Shown here in pieces: positions 16,520 to 24,895 of a stretch of DNA of 32,000 bases. Location: NCBI RefSeq assembly GCF_000270205.1, contig NC_015913.1:540001-572000 (forward strand), written 5' to 3'. Position 1 is the stretch's first letter, and every line of letters starts with the position of its first letter. The notes under the pieces are model-generated. The model made no database searches. It saw only the letters and a list, made by a program, of their open reading frames with translations, and had not been told where the DNA came from. This stretch comes from Candidatus Arthromitus sp. SFB-mouse-Japan (GTDB lineage: Bacteria > Bacillota > Clostridia > Clostridiales > Clostridiaceae). The position numbers and the translations under genes are program-made.

Positions 16520-19500
16520 ATGAAAATATGTATGAAGAGATTCATTATTAATCTTATGACTCTTATATTTTTGTTTGAATTGATACCATTTGGGGAAATG
16601 GGAATTAAGTTCGGCTTTTTTAAGAAAGCCGAAGCTTATTATACCCAACTTGAAATGGTTGCACCAGGTTATGTGATAAGCCCTGAGGAAGGGGGGATTG
16701 TATTTGATTTAAGTCAAAGATTATCATCTTCAATGAGTGTTGAATCGTTTAGTGTAAAGAATACAAATCCTGAACAGCAGAAGAAAGATTTAAAAGAGGA
16801 ATCTTCTGATGGAGTTAGATGGTTATCAAAGGATGAAATGATAAATGGTCATATTTATGAAATTGAAAGTAAGATTTATGATACTGACACGCAGGAAACA
16901 ATAACATTTATAAATTCTTTTAAGTATATAGATAAAAATATAGCTTATAATCCTAAGCTATCTTTTTCGAAGTTTGATTCTAGTAGAATGGTTACTCAAG
17001 ATGTTATATTTGATTTTTCTGAGTGCAGGGAATTAATAGATAATTCAAATAATCTTAAGCTTGAGATTTTAAATTCTGATTTAACAAGAGCAGAGATAGA
17101 TCCTATGAATATTAATAAAAATGATGTTGTAAATAATGGATATAAGTATACTATTTCTAGAGCAGCTTCTTTATTTAGACCAAACAAAGATTATATAGTT
17201 AGACTCCATGCAGATGGTATTATTTGGGATAAAATGATTTCTTGTCCAGTAAAGGGGAATCCTACGATAGTTGAAAATATTAAACCTGTAGCTATGGATT
17301 TTAGATATTATCCTGAAAGCAGAAATTTTTACTTTCATACAATAGATCTTGGAATTTTTAAAAAATTTGAGGATAGGATTAATGTTGTGGTTAAGGCTAT
17401 TTTAAATAATCCAAAAAAAGGTTTTGTTCCAGTTGAGGTAACAGCTGAAATACCACATGTAATAGAAATTAAAGTTCCAGAAGAATATTATACTACATCA
17501 ATACCAAGTGATTTGAGGGTTTATGTTATTGATAAGAGTACTGGACTTGTACTTGCTGAATATTTATTTCAGTTTACATTTAGGTCTGATAAGGGAATTA
17601 TGATGTGGAGAAATTTAAAGCATTCAGCTGAAAAAGAAGCAACAGGATATAAGATTAATAAAATAAAATTAGATCATACTGACGATAACAATACTATTCC
17701 ACATTCATGGGATGGACTTCCTAGGGCACATTATATAACTCTTTATGATAATAAATTAGAAAATCAAATAGGTGGAGAATTCAGATTTGATGTTACAGAT
17801 CCTGAGTATAGAAAACAATTCCTTGAGCCGACTCATGATGTTAGAGGAGCTAATTTTAAGATACCATTTACTGATATGAAGCAAGGGTTTAATAGTTATA
17901 ATTTTAAAGTTGAATCTAGTAGTCAGTATCCAGAGTGGGCATATGCACATATACCATTTGGATTTTATGCAGATGTTGCTGAAATAAAAGATTTAGATAT
18001 TAATATAAAAAATGTAAAACCAAATGAAAATGGAGATAAGTATAGTTTTACTCTTGAAATAAAGAATCAAAAAATTGTTATTGGCGATAAGATGAGCTTT
18101 ATAGATGATGACGGTAAGGAGCATATATCTACTTCAAATAGTTCGAAGACATTTGACTTTAAAGATGTCCCAATGGTATTTGGAGGGAAATATGTGGTAA
18201 CTTATAATCAAATAAGTTCTTTGCTTCATTTTAAATCTACAGATTTATCTATATTGTTTAATCCAGTTGTTATAGGTACTTTTTCAGATGAGAGGGATAG
18301 TATTGAAATTACTATCGATAATAAATATGAAAAAATTTTGAGCACTGATAAAGGTCAAAATAAGTTAAGAATACTTAATATGAATGGTACTAGTACGGGA
18401 AATGATTTTTCAAATTTTGGGATAGGAAAAACTAAATTTGCGTTAAATGGAAATTTGATTGAAGGAGAAAATTATATAGCAGAGGTATCTAATTCTAAGG
18501 GAGAAGTATATAAAACTACTTTCCAGTATTCTACAATGAAACTTGATTTATCGGAGATAACAGGTACAACAGCAAAGCTTGACTGGGAATATCCTGATAA
18601 TTACCTAATAACTGATGGAGATGCATTAAGTATATATTTCAAAAAAGATGGATCTGGATATCCTGCTGTTCCCGATGCAAAAATAGTGCATGGTTTTCAA
18701 GGAGTAGATTTCAATGACGTTACTACATACACGATTAAGAATATGAGCCCGAATGTAAACTATACGGCAAAGCTTGAACTTGCAACAAATGAAGGCATGA
18801 CTTATGTGGATGAAGTTGAATTTGTAACGAGTACTTTTAAAATTTTAAATGAAGAAATTGAGGGTATTTCTGAAGATGGAACCGTAAATAGTAAATCTAT
18901 AACTTTTAAGTGGGATATAAATCTTGGTGATATAGAATTTTATGAAGGTGATAAAGTTGAGGTTTTTCTTAAACCACTTTCTCATAATGCATTTCCCAAA
19001 ACACCGACGGCAACTATTGATAAAGATTTAAATAGAATGAAACGGATTAAATTTGATGTACCAAATTATTATGAATCTTATAGTGTCAAAATTGTATATA
19101 CAATAGGTGGAGTTAGGCATACGAGTAAAGTATTAAATTTTACTGTGAATATGCAAGATGTTGAAGTATATATGAGTACTATTACTCAGTGTACAGCTAA
19201 TATTAACTGGAAGTATCCAAAGGATGTAGATGTAGATAGTAATTTTGAAGAGGTTAGGATTTATACAAAAAAACACAGTGATTTAGAATTTAAGCTTGAA
19301 AAAACTTATAATAAATCTGAGAAAGCTCTTAATGATGTAGTTAAACATGTGATTAAGAATTTAGGTATCGATACCAAATATAAAGCTAAATTAGTATTTA
19401 AAATTGGTGAAAAGTCAGTTGCAGGAGTGAAAGAAGAGATAACTCAAGTTGTTGAGACTGAATTTAAAACAGAGAATTTTGTTATAGAAAAATTTAATGT

Positions 19501-22500
19501 TACGAATGATATAAGTAATTTCATAATAGCAACATGGGATATAAAAGATGATAGTTATCCTTATACTACAAATGATAGTGTGGCACTTTTTGTAAAAGAA
19601 AGAGGAGAACCATCACAAAATTATATTAGAATTAATTCTATGGGAGGAGATATTGCAGGGAAAAGATCATTTAATGGATCTATGGTACCTAAATACAATG
19701 TGGATTACGATGTAAAATTGACCTATACCTTAGGAGAAAAAGAAGTTAGTGCTTATTCAGCTATTAAATTAGATATTGGTTATATAAAACTCAAGATAGA
19801 CGAAATAAATGATACTAAAATTAAACTTTCTTGGACTTATCCAAATGAGATTTTAAGAGGTGATAAGGTCGAAATAAGTTTAAAAAATCTTAGTAATGAA
19901 AATGACGTAAAATCTGAATCAAAGGTTCAGAATTTTGATCATGGAAATACTGTTATGATTGAAGAGTTTAGAGAAAAAGAATTTGATTTAACTAAGGATA
20001 ATATGTATGAAGTTAAACTTAGGTTAACTTCAGATTATTTTTATCCTATGGAAGAATCATTCAGGTTTAAGGCTACTTCTGATTTTCAAATTTTAAGTTT
20101 AGATGGTGAGTCTATGGACTCTAGTACATTTAAACTTGATTGGGATTTTTATAATAATAATCAAGAATTTAATACAAGTGATAAAGTTGAAATTTTATAT
20201 AAACGATTGAATGAATTAGATTTTCAAAGTAATGCTAGGACGACAAGTGAAGATGATCAATTTACAGGTATTAGTTCTGTTAATATGCAAACTGGAACTG
20301 AATTGAGCAGATTTAAATCCTACATAGTTCAGGGACTTGATGTGAATAAGGATTATTTATTTAGAGTACGTTATACATTTAATAAAGATAGAATTCAAAA
20401 GGTAGTATATAAAGATTTAGTAGGAAAAACAGAGCCTAAAAAACTGAATTCAAGTGTAATTGATGTACAGCCAACAGGTGTTAAAATTATGCTTGAGTAT
20501 CCAGAGGCCTATGAAATAGTGGAAGGCGATATTTTAGATATATTTATAAAGGAAAAAGAAGGAGCAAATTATGGAGTTAATCCTAATTTTACTGGGAAAC
20601 ATGGTAATGAAGAGGGCGATTTTGATTTAAATGAGGTAACTATGCTTGATATACTTGGATTATCTCCAGATAAAGAGTATAATGCTAAAGTTGTATTTTG
20701 GCCAGATGGTGGGTCAGGAAATAAAGAAGAGGTAGAACTTAGTTTCAAAACAGATACCGTAAAAGGTATAGCTGAAGTATCTATAGGTGATGTATTGGAT
20801 TATGTTGTAAAAGTTGGTATCAAGATGAATCCAGAAGAAATTATTTTAAGTGATAAGGATAGTTGTAAAATTTTTATAAAGAAAAAGGATCAACCACATT
20901 ATCAAGATACACCAAATGGTGAAATGCGAGGAGATATATTCAACGAAGAAAGATTTGTATCAGCATATTTCGATGAGTTGAATGCAGAGTATACTGTAAA
21001 AGCTGTGGTAAATATCGGAGGTAGTGAATTTGAATATGAGACCGACTTTGTAAGCAAAGTTGATGATTTTAGTATTGATGTTATAGAAATTAATCCGATG
21101 ACAACACAAGTTGAATGGAAATATCCAGATAACTATACTCTTGTAAATGGTGAAAGTATTCAAATATTTATTAAGTATAAAGATGAAGAAGATTTCTTGA
21201 GTGAACCTGATCTTGAACTTATTCAATCAGAAGAAATGAGCTTATATGATACAAATTTGGTTGAGTTATATTCACTAATACCTGATACAGATTATGAAGT
21301 TAAAGTTAAATTGAATTTATTGGAGGCAGATATTGAACCGATTATTAAAGAATTTACAACAACGACTTTTGAAATAGAAAATTTGGAGATAGCAGATGTA
21401 AGCAGTGATGGAATGTCTCTCACATGGGAGTTAAGTACAGAGGAATTGGATTTTTTAGATGATTATGATAATTTAGCTATATTTATAAAAAATAAGAATG
21501 AAGATGATTATGATTTTTCGAATCCTGTGGCGGAGTTTACTGAAGACTTAAATAATATAAGATCTGTGTCTTTTGAGACAGAAGAGAGTATAGCAGATAT
21601 TGATATTTATGTATCATATTTAATTGAAGATTATGAAGCAGCTATGGAAATATCATATACAGCAATTGAACTTAGTGTTGAAGTGCAAGATGAGGGTGTA
21701 TTAGTTGAATGGAGTTATCCTCCTGGAATAGAATTTGAACCTGAGGATAAACTCGATATTTATTTGAAACACGCAAATAAGTCAGGATATAAAACAGAGC
21801 CAAATTTTAGATACACTCATGAAGAAGATGGGGATTTGACTGAGTTGAATCAAATATTCTTTAAGAAATTAGAAAAAGGGAACTATAAGATGAAATTTTC
21901 TTTAATTACTGCTGATATGAGATATAATCCTATAGAAATTGAGTTTAGTACGGAAGGTAGTCAAGAAGTAATAGATGGAATAGAACTTAAGTTTAATGGT
22001 AAATCGAGTGGAAGAAAAATAGAACTAAATATTGTTGGAGATGAAGAATTTGATTATGAAAAAGGATTTTATATTGATCCTGAAGGATTAGATCTTGAAA
22101 TAGATGAAGATAGAAATAAGTTTATAGTTTTAAATTTAGTTCCAAATAAGGAATATAAAAATATAATTATAACGTTCTTTACAGCAGATGATGAAGAAGT
22201 TAATTTTGTTGTTAAAAATGTGAAAATAGATCCAGAAACTCTTTTGGAAGAATTCATAACAAATATTTATAAGTTTGCGTTTGAACGTTATCCAGATGAA
22301 GAAGGATATAGCTATTGGTTAGGGAAACTTCTTGAAAAAGGTGAAATTACAGGTAAATTTGTTTTATATAATTTGATGTTTTCAGAACGTGAGTTCTCTG
22401 ATAGAAATCTTTCTGATGATGATCTCATAAAGGTTTTATATCAGATAGTGGTTAATAGAGAGTATGATGAGGGAGGACTTAATTATTGGATAGGTGAATA

Positions 22501-22624
22501 TAGAAACACATATTTACCTCAAGCAAATAATGATAGTTATGAAGCACAGAAGGCTATAGTAGAGAGAATGTTACATGAACAGGAATTTAAAGATTTGTGC
22601 AACAAAATGGGAATCTTATGGTAA
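16520..22624 (+). CDS. Giant secreted repeat protein 2 (about 2034 aa): leader, about 640-aa unique head, 11 alternating modules, pre-terminal module, DUF4214-like C-terminus
   Basis: The ORF is open from 16490, but the ATG at 16520 follows GGAGGAGAGG and gives MKICMKRFIINLMTLIFLFELIPF, a charged n-region plus a hydrophobic core. The C-terminal domain (nt 22235-22621) carries IYKFAFERYPDEEGYSYW and LYQIVVNREYDEGGLNYW and ends MGILW. It aligns by eye with the C-terminus of gene 1. Confidence 0.85.
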   Translation: MKICMKRFIINLMTLIFLFELIPFGEMGIKFGFFKKAEAYYTQLEMVAPGYVISPEEGGIVFDLSQRLSSSMSVESFSVKNTNPEQQKKDLKEESSDGVRWLSKDEMINGHIYEIESKIYDTDTQETITFINSFKYIDKNIAYNPKLSFSKFDSSRMVTQDVIFDFSECRELIDNSNNLKLEILNSDLTRAEIDPMNINKNDVVNNGYKYTISRAASLFRPNKDYIVRLHADGIIWDKMISCPVKGNPTIVENIKPVAMDFRYYPESRNFYFHTIDLGIFKKFEDRINVVVKAILNNPKKGFVPVEVTAEIPHVIEIKVPEEYYTTSIPSDLRVYVIDKSTGLVLAEYLFQFTFRSDKGIMMWRNLKHSAEKEATGYKINKIKLDHTDDNNTIPHSWDGLPRAHYITLYDNKLENQIGGEFRFDVTDPEYRKQFLEPTHDVRGANFKIPFTDMKQGFNSYNFKVESSSQYPEWAYAHIPFGFYADVAEIKDLDINIKNVKPNENGDKYSFTLEIKNQKIVIGDKMSFIDDDGKEHISTSNSSKTFDFKDVPMVFGGKYVVTYNQISSLLHFKSTDLSILFNPVVIGTFSDERDSIEITIDNKYEKILSTDKGQNKLRILNMNGTSTGNDFSNFGIGKTKFALNGNLIEGENYIAEVSNSKGEVYKTTFQYSTMKLDLSEITGTTAKLDWEYPDNYLITDGDALSIYFKKDGSGYPAVPDAKIVHGFQGVDFNDVTTYTIKNMSPNVNYTAKLELATNEGMTYVDEVEFVTSTFKILNEEIEGISEDGTVNSKSITFKWDINLGDIEFYEGDKVEVFLKPLSHNAFPKTPTATIDKDLNRMKRIKFDVPNYYESYSVKIVYTIGGVRHTSKVLNFTVNMQDVEVYMSTITQCTANINWKYPKDVDVDSNFEEVRIYTKKHSDLEFKLEKTYNKSEKALNDVVKHVIKNLGIDTKYKAKLVFKIGEKSVAGVKEEITQVVETEFKTENFVIEKFNVTNDISNFIIATWDIKDDSYPYTTNDSVALFVKERGEPSQNYIRINSMGGDIAGKRSFNGSMVPKYNVDYDVKLTYTLGEKEVSAYSAIKLDIGYIKLKIDEINDTKIKLSWTYPNEILRGDKVEISLKNLSNENDVKSESKVQNFDHGNTVMIEEFREKEFDLTKDNMYEVKLRLTSDYFYPMEESFRFKATSDFQILSLDGESMDSSTFKLDWDFYNNNQEFNTSDKVEILYKRLNELDFQSNARTTSEDDQFTGISSVNMQTGTELSRFKSYIVQGLDVNKDYLFRVRYTFNKDRIQKVVYKDLVGKTEPKKLNSSVIDVQPTGVKIMLEYPEAYEIVEGDILDIFIKEKEGANYGVNPNFTGKHGNEEGDFDLNEVTMLDILGLSPDKEYNAKVVFWPDGGSGNKEEVELSFKTDTVKGIAEVSIGDVLDYVVKVGIKMNPEEIILSDKDSCKIFIKKKDQPHYQDTPNGEMRGDIFNEERFVSAYFDELNAEYTVKAVVNIGGSEFEYETDFVSKVDDFSIDVIEINPMTTQVEWKYPDNYTLVNGESIQIFIKYKDEEDFLSEPDLELIQSEEMSLYDTNLVELYSLIPDTDYEVKVKLNLLEADIEPIIKEFTTTTFEIENLEIADVSSDGMSLTWELSTEELDFLDDYDNLAIFIKNKNEDDYDFSNPVAEFTEDLNNIRSVSFETEESIADIDIYVSYLIEDYEAAMEISYTAIELSVEVQDEGVLVEWSYPPGIEFEPEDKLDIYLKHANKSGYKTEPNFRYTHEEDGDLTELNQIFFKKLEKGNYKMKFSLITADMRYNPIEIEFSTEGSQEVIDGIELKFNGKSSGRKIELNIVGDEEFDYEKGFYIDPEGLDLEIDEDRNKFIVLNLVPNKEYKNIIITFFTADDEEVNFVVKNVKIDPETLLEEFITNIYKFAFERYPDEEGYSYWLGKLLEKGEITGKFVLYNLMFSEREFSDRNLSDDDLIKVLYQIVVNREYDEGGLNYWIGEYRNTYLPQANNDSYEAQKAIVERMLHEQEFKDLCNKMGILW
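18530..21955 (+). repeat. Array of 11 strictly alternating A/B modules (98-118 aa) within giant gene 2
   Basis: Boundaries, checked against codon positions: A 18530-18832, B 18833-19150, A 19151-19474, B 19475-19774, A 19775-20080, B 20081-20434, A 20435-20755, B 20756-21058, A 21059-21364, B 21365-21661, A 21662-21955. Type A has W-x-Y-P early and ends [EK]-F-x-T. Type B has W-[DEN]-[FIL] early and usually ends Y-x-[VI]-K-[ILV]-x-Y-T-[IL]-G. Confidence 0.75.
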
Positions 22625-22628
22625 TATA

Positions 22629-22662
22629 TTAACCATCAATATTAATTGATGGTTAATTTTTT
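22629..22662 (+). terminator. Rho-independent terminator of the giant-gene operon
   Basis: 12-bp stem ttaaccatcaat (22629-22640), loop atta, attgatggttaa (22645-22656), then T6 (22657-22662). Confidence 0.85.
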
Positions 22663-22790
22663 GGCAAATTTGGAAATAATTAATTTTGTAAAGTTAATAA
22701 TGATAATTTGAGTTAAAAATAGTAGATAGACTTCAGGTGCAATTATAAAGTAAGATATAAATTATTGGTAATAAACGTAGGAGGTGGATC

Positions 22791-23309
22791 ATGAATATTG
22801 TGACAATTAATGTAAATGGCGTTGAATATAAGTTGAAGGGTGAGGAATCAAAGGAGTATTTAAATAGCATAGCTAAAGAGGTGGATGATAAAATAAAAGA
22901 GATGATGGCATTAAATACGAATCTTACGTTGCACTCCTCATCAATTTTATTAGCAATAAATTATTGTGATCAGTTACATAAACTAGAAAATGATAAGGAA
23001 AATTTAAATAATAGCATTGAAAATTGTAATTTTAAAATACAATCTCTTATTGATGAAAATAATGAACTTAAAGAAAGAATAATACATATTGAAAATGAGA
23101 ATTGTGAAATTAAATTAAAGAATGAAAATCTTGAAGAAGAAATAGAAGCCTATAATATTGTTTTAAAAGATGGAAATAAAGATTTATTTTCTAATAACAA
23201 TGAGATTGAAGAGCTAGAGAAAGAAATAGAGCTCCTTAAAGATACAGTGAGAAAAATTAAAGATGAAAATTTTGAATTACAAAATAAATTGAAGGGGAAA
23301 ATATCTTAA
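22791..23309 (+). CDS. zapA: Cell-division protein ZapA with a long C-terminal coiled coil
   Basis: 172 aa with RBS aggaggtgg. The N-terminal VTINVNGVEYKLKGEESKEYLNSIAKEVDDKIKEM...LTLHSSSILLAINYCDQL follows the ZapA pattern. The C-terminal 100 aa or so are heptad-like and rich in E, N, K, L and I. Confidence 0.75.
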   Translation: MNIVTINVNGVEYKLKGEESKEYLNSIAKEVDDKIKEMMALNTNLTLHSSSILLAINYCDQLHKLENDKENLNNSIENCNFKIQSLIDENNELKERIIHIENENCEIKLKNENLEEEIEAYNIVLKDGNKDLFSNNNEIEELEKEIELLKDTVRKIKDENFELQNKLKGKIS

Positions 23310-23367
23310 TATTATCAATACTTTAAAGTATTTTATTAAATACTAAGGATAATAGGAGGTATTTGAG

Positions 23368-23952
23368 ATGAATTTAGCTAACAGTCAAACTAAAGAGAAT
23401 TTAATGAGAGCGTTTGCGGGTGAGTGCCAAGCTCATATGCGTTATGATTTTGGAGCCAATTTAGCGAAAAGGGAAGGATTTCATGTTATTGAGAAGGAAA
23501 TTAAAATTATTTCTACACAAGAGATAGCACATTCCAATGTATTTTATAAATTTTTGAGAGAATTTAATGGTCAACATATAACCTTACAAGGAGCTAAGTA
23601 TCCAGTTGATTTGTATGATAAAACTTTAGATTTTTTGAAAGCTTCACATGAGAGAGAATTAGAGGAACATGATAGTATATATAAAGAATTTGCTGATGTA
23701 GCAGCTAAAGAAGGTTTTATGGATATAAGCTATAAGTTTAAAGAAATTAGTGAAATTGAAAAATTACATGCAGATAGATTTATAAAATTATATAATGATT
23801 TATCTAGTGGTATGATGTTTAAGAAAAATACTAAGATAAAATGGTTTTGTACAAATTGTGGTCATGTGCATGAATCTGAGGAGGCCCCAGAATACTGTCC
23901 TGTTTGTAGTCATCCACGTGGATATTTTACCCCATATACTAATCAAGCTTAA
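23368..23952 (+). CDS. rbr: Rubrerythrin
   Basis: 194 aa with RBS aggagg. N-terminal ferritin-like diiron domain (ENLMRAFAGECQA, E-x-x-H pairs EIAH and EKLH). C-terminal rubredoxin-type CTNCGH...CPVCSHP. Confidence 0.9.
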   Translation: MNLANSQTKENLMRAFAGECQAHMRYDFGANLAKREGFHVIEKEIKIISTQEIAHSNVFYKFLREFNGQHITLQGAKYPVDLYDKTLDFLKASHERELEEHDSIYKEFADVAAKEGFMDISYKFKEISEIEKLHADRFIKLYNDLSSGMMFKKNTKIKWFCTNCGHVHESEEAPEYCPVCSHPRGYFTPYTNQA

Positions 23953-23960
23953 TTAAATTT

Positions 23961-23999
23961 TAGGAGTATGATAAATTATCATACTCCTAAAATTTTTTT
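23961..23999 (+). terminator. Rho-independent terminator after rbr; the hairpin overlaps the stop of the convergent gene
   Basis: 12-bp stem taggagtatgat (23961-23972), loop aaatt, atcatactccta (23978-23989), then aaa followed by T7. Confidence 0.7.
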
Positions 24000-24895
24000 A
24001 AAGCATTTGAAAATGTGATAAAAATTTGAGTATTTGTTATCCTTGAATTGACTATCTTTTTTAATTCTTGCCGAATTTCATCTAATTCATCTATGGAAAA
24101 TCTGCCGTTTAAACTTAATGTGATGTATATTTCGGTGAATTTACCAAGTTTTGATATAAATATATCATAAATTCTAATTTCTGGATAATTATGTTCAATT
24201 AATAACATAAGTTCTTGTTCAGATTTATAGTGAATTCTTTTATAAGTTAAGATATTTATTTGATTTTTTAAGAGTTGTATTGGTTGATATGCGAAAAAAA
24301 TAGTTAGAATGATGACAATAATTGCATCCGAGATTGGGAATAGAGGTTTAAGAAATGGAATTACATTAAATAAAATAAATGCAATAGATGCGCCAAGGCT
24401 GAGTATTGCATCAATGCTTGCACCGATTGCTTCAGATTTTAAGACTTCTGAACAATTTTCATTTTTTTTGTTGTAGTGCTTATAGATTAAATATAAAGCA
24501 AAACAAAGGAGAGTCATTAATGCTCCATTAGTAATGATCAAATTTAAATCTACTTTGGGAATTAGATTTGGATCAGAAATAAATGTGGAAATAGTCATCA
24601 TACTTGAGAAAATAGATGAGACAAGCAATATTATTATAAGAATTGATTTGAATAAAACATAAAGAGTCTCTTTGCTATATTGACCCAAAGGATATTTTTT
24701 CCTACTCGAGGTTTCGATGTCTTTAGAAATTTTTATTGCTATTATGACTGAAATAAATTGTATGAATGAGAACAATCCGTCTATTAATACTGCTTTTGAT
24801 TTGGAAAATATAAATAATATAATTCCTATAATAGCCATTAATAAGTTTAATATATTTCCACGTTTTAATGCTTTTTGCTCAATTGATAAATCCAT
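23987..24895 (-). CDS. Cation-diffusion-facilitator-like membrane transporter with atypical metal-site residues
   Basis: 302 aa with RBS AGGGTGA. Six hydrophobic segments, then a soluble C-terminal domain of about 80 aa, which is the CDF architecture. The TM2 region AVLIDGLFSFIQF and TM5 region EAIGASIDAILSL keep Asp, but by eye lack the usual His/Asp partners. Confidence 0.55.
   Translation of the reverse strand: MDLSIEQKALKRGNILNLLMAIIGIILFIFSKSKAVLIDGLFSFIQFISVIIAIKISKDIETSSRKKYPLGQYSKETLYVLFKSILIIILLVSSIFSSMMTISTFISDPNLIPKVDLNLIITNGALMTLLCFALYLIYKHYNKKNENCSEVLKSEAIGASIDAILSLGASIAFILFNVIPFLKPLFPISDAIIVIILTIFFAYQPIQLLKNQINILTYKRIHYKSEQELMLLIEHNYPEIRIYDIFISKLGKFTEIYITLSLNGRFSIDELDEIRQELKKIVNSRITNTQIFITFSNALKKF

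Noticed and set aside
12228-21955. The regular periodicity of about 300 nt could suggest a CRISPR array or a non-coding tandem repeat.
   Set aside because: The repeats are detectable only at protein level and lie inside uninterrupted ORFs. They lack short identical direct repeats with unique spacers, and there are no cas genes nearby.
12077-22257. Eight minus-strand ORFs of 62-88 aa from the track lie inside or overlapping the giant genes: 12077-12301, 12554-12778, 14604-14798, 16327-16545, 16996-17187, 17756-17950, 20960-21226 and 22069-22257.
   Set aside because: All are antisense to long, clearly coding plus-strand ORFs. Their products are low-complexity and Ile/Phe/Leu/Lys-rich, as expected from the reverse complement of AT-rich coding DNA. 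None has an RBS or a recognisable motif.
12111-22624. Sortase-anchored (LPXTG) or autotransporter-like interpretation of the giant proteins, prompted by the terminal aromatic residue (W).
   Set aside because: No LPXTG-like motif followed by a hydrophobic tail is present; the only LP-x motifs are LPVFE, LPKID, LPRAH and LPQAN. The C-termini are polar DUF4214-like sequence rather than a beta-barrel pattern, so neither model is supported.
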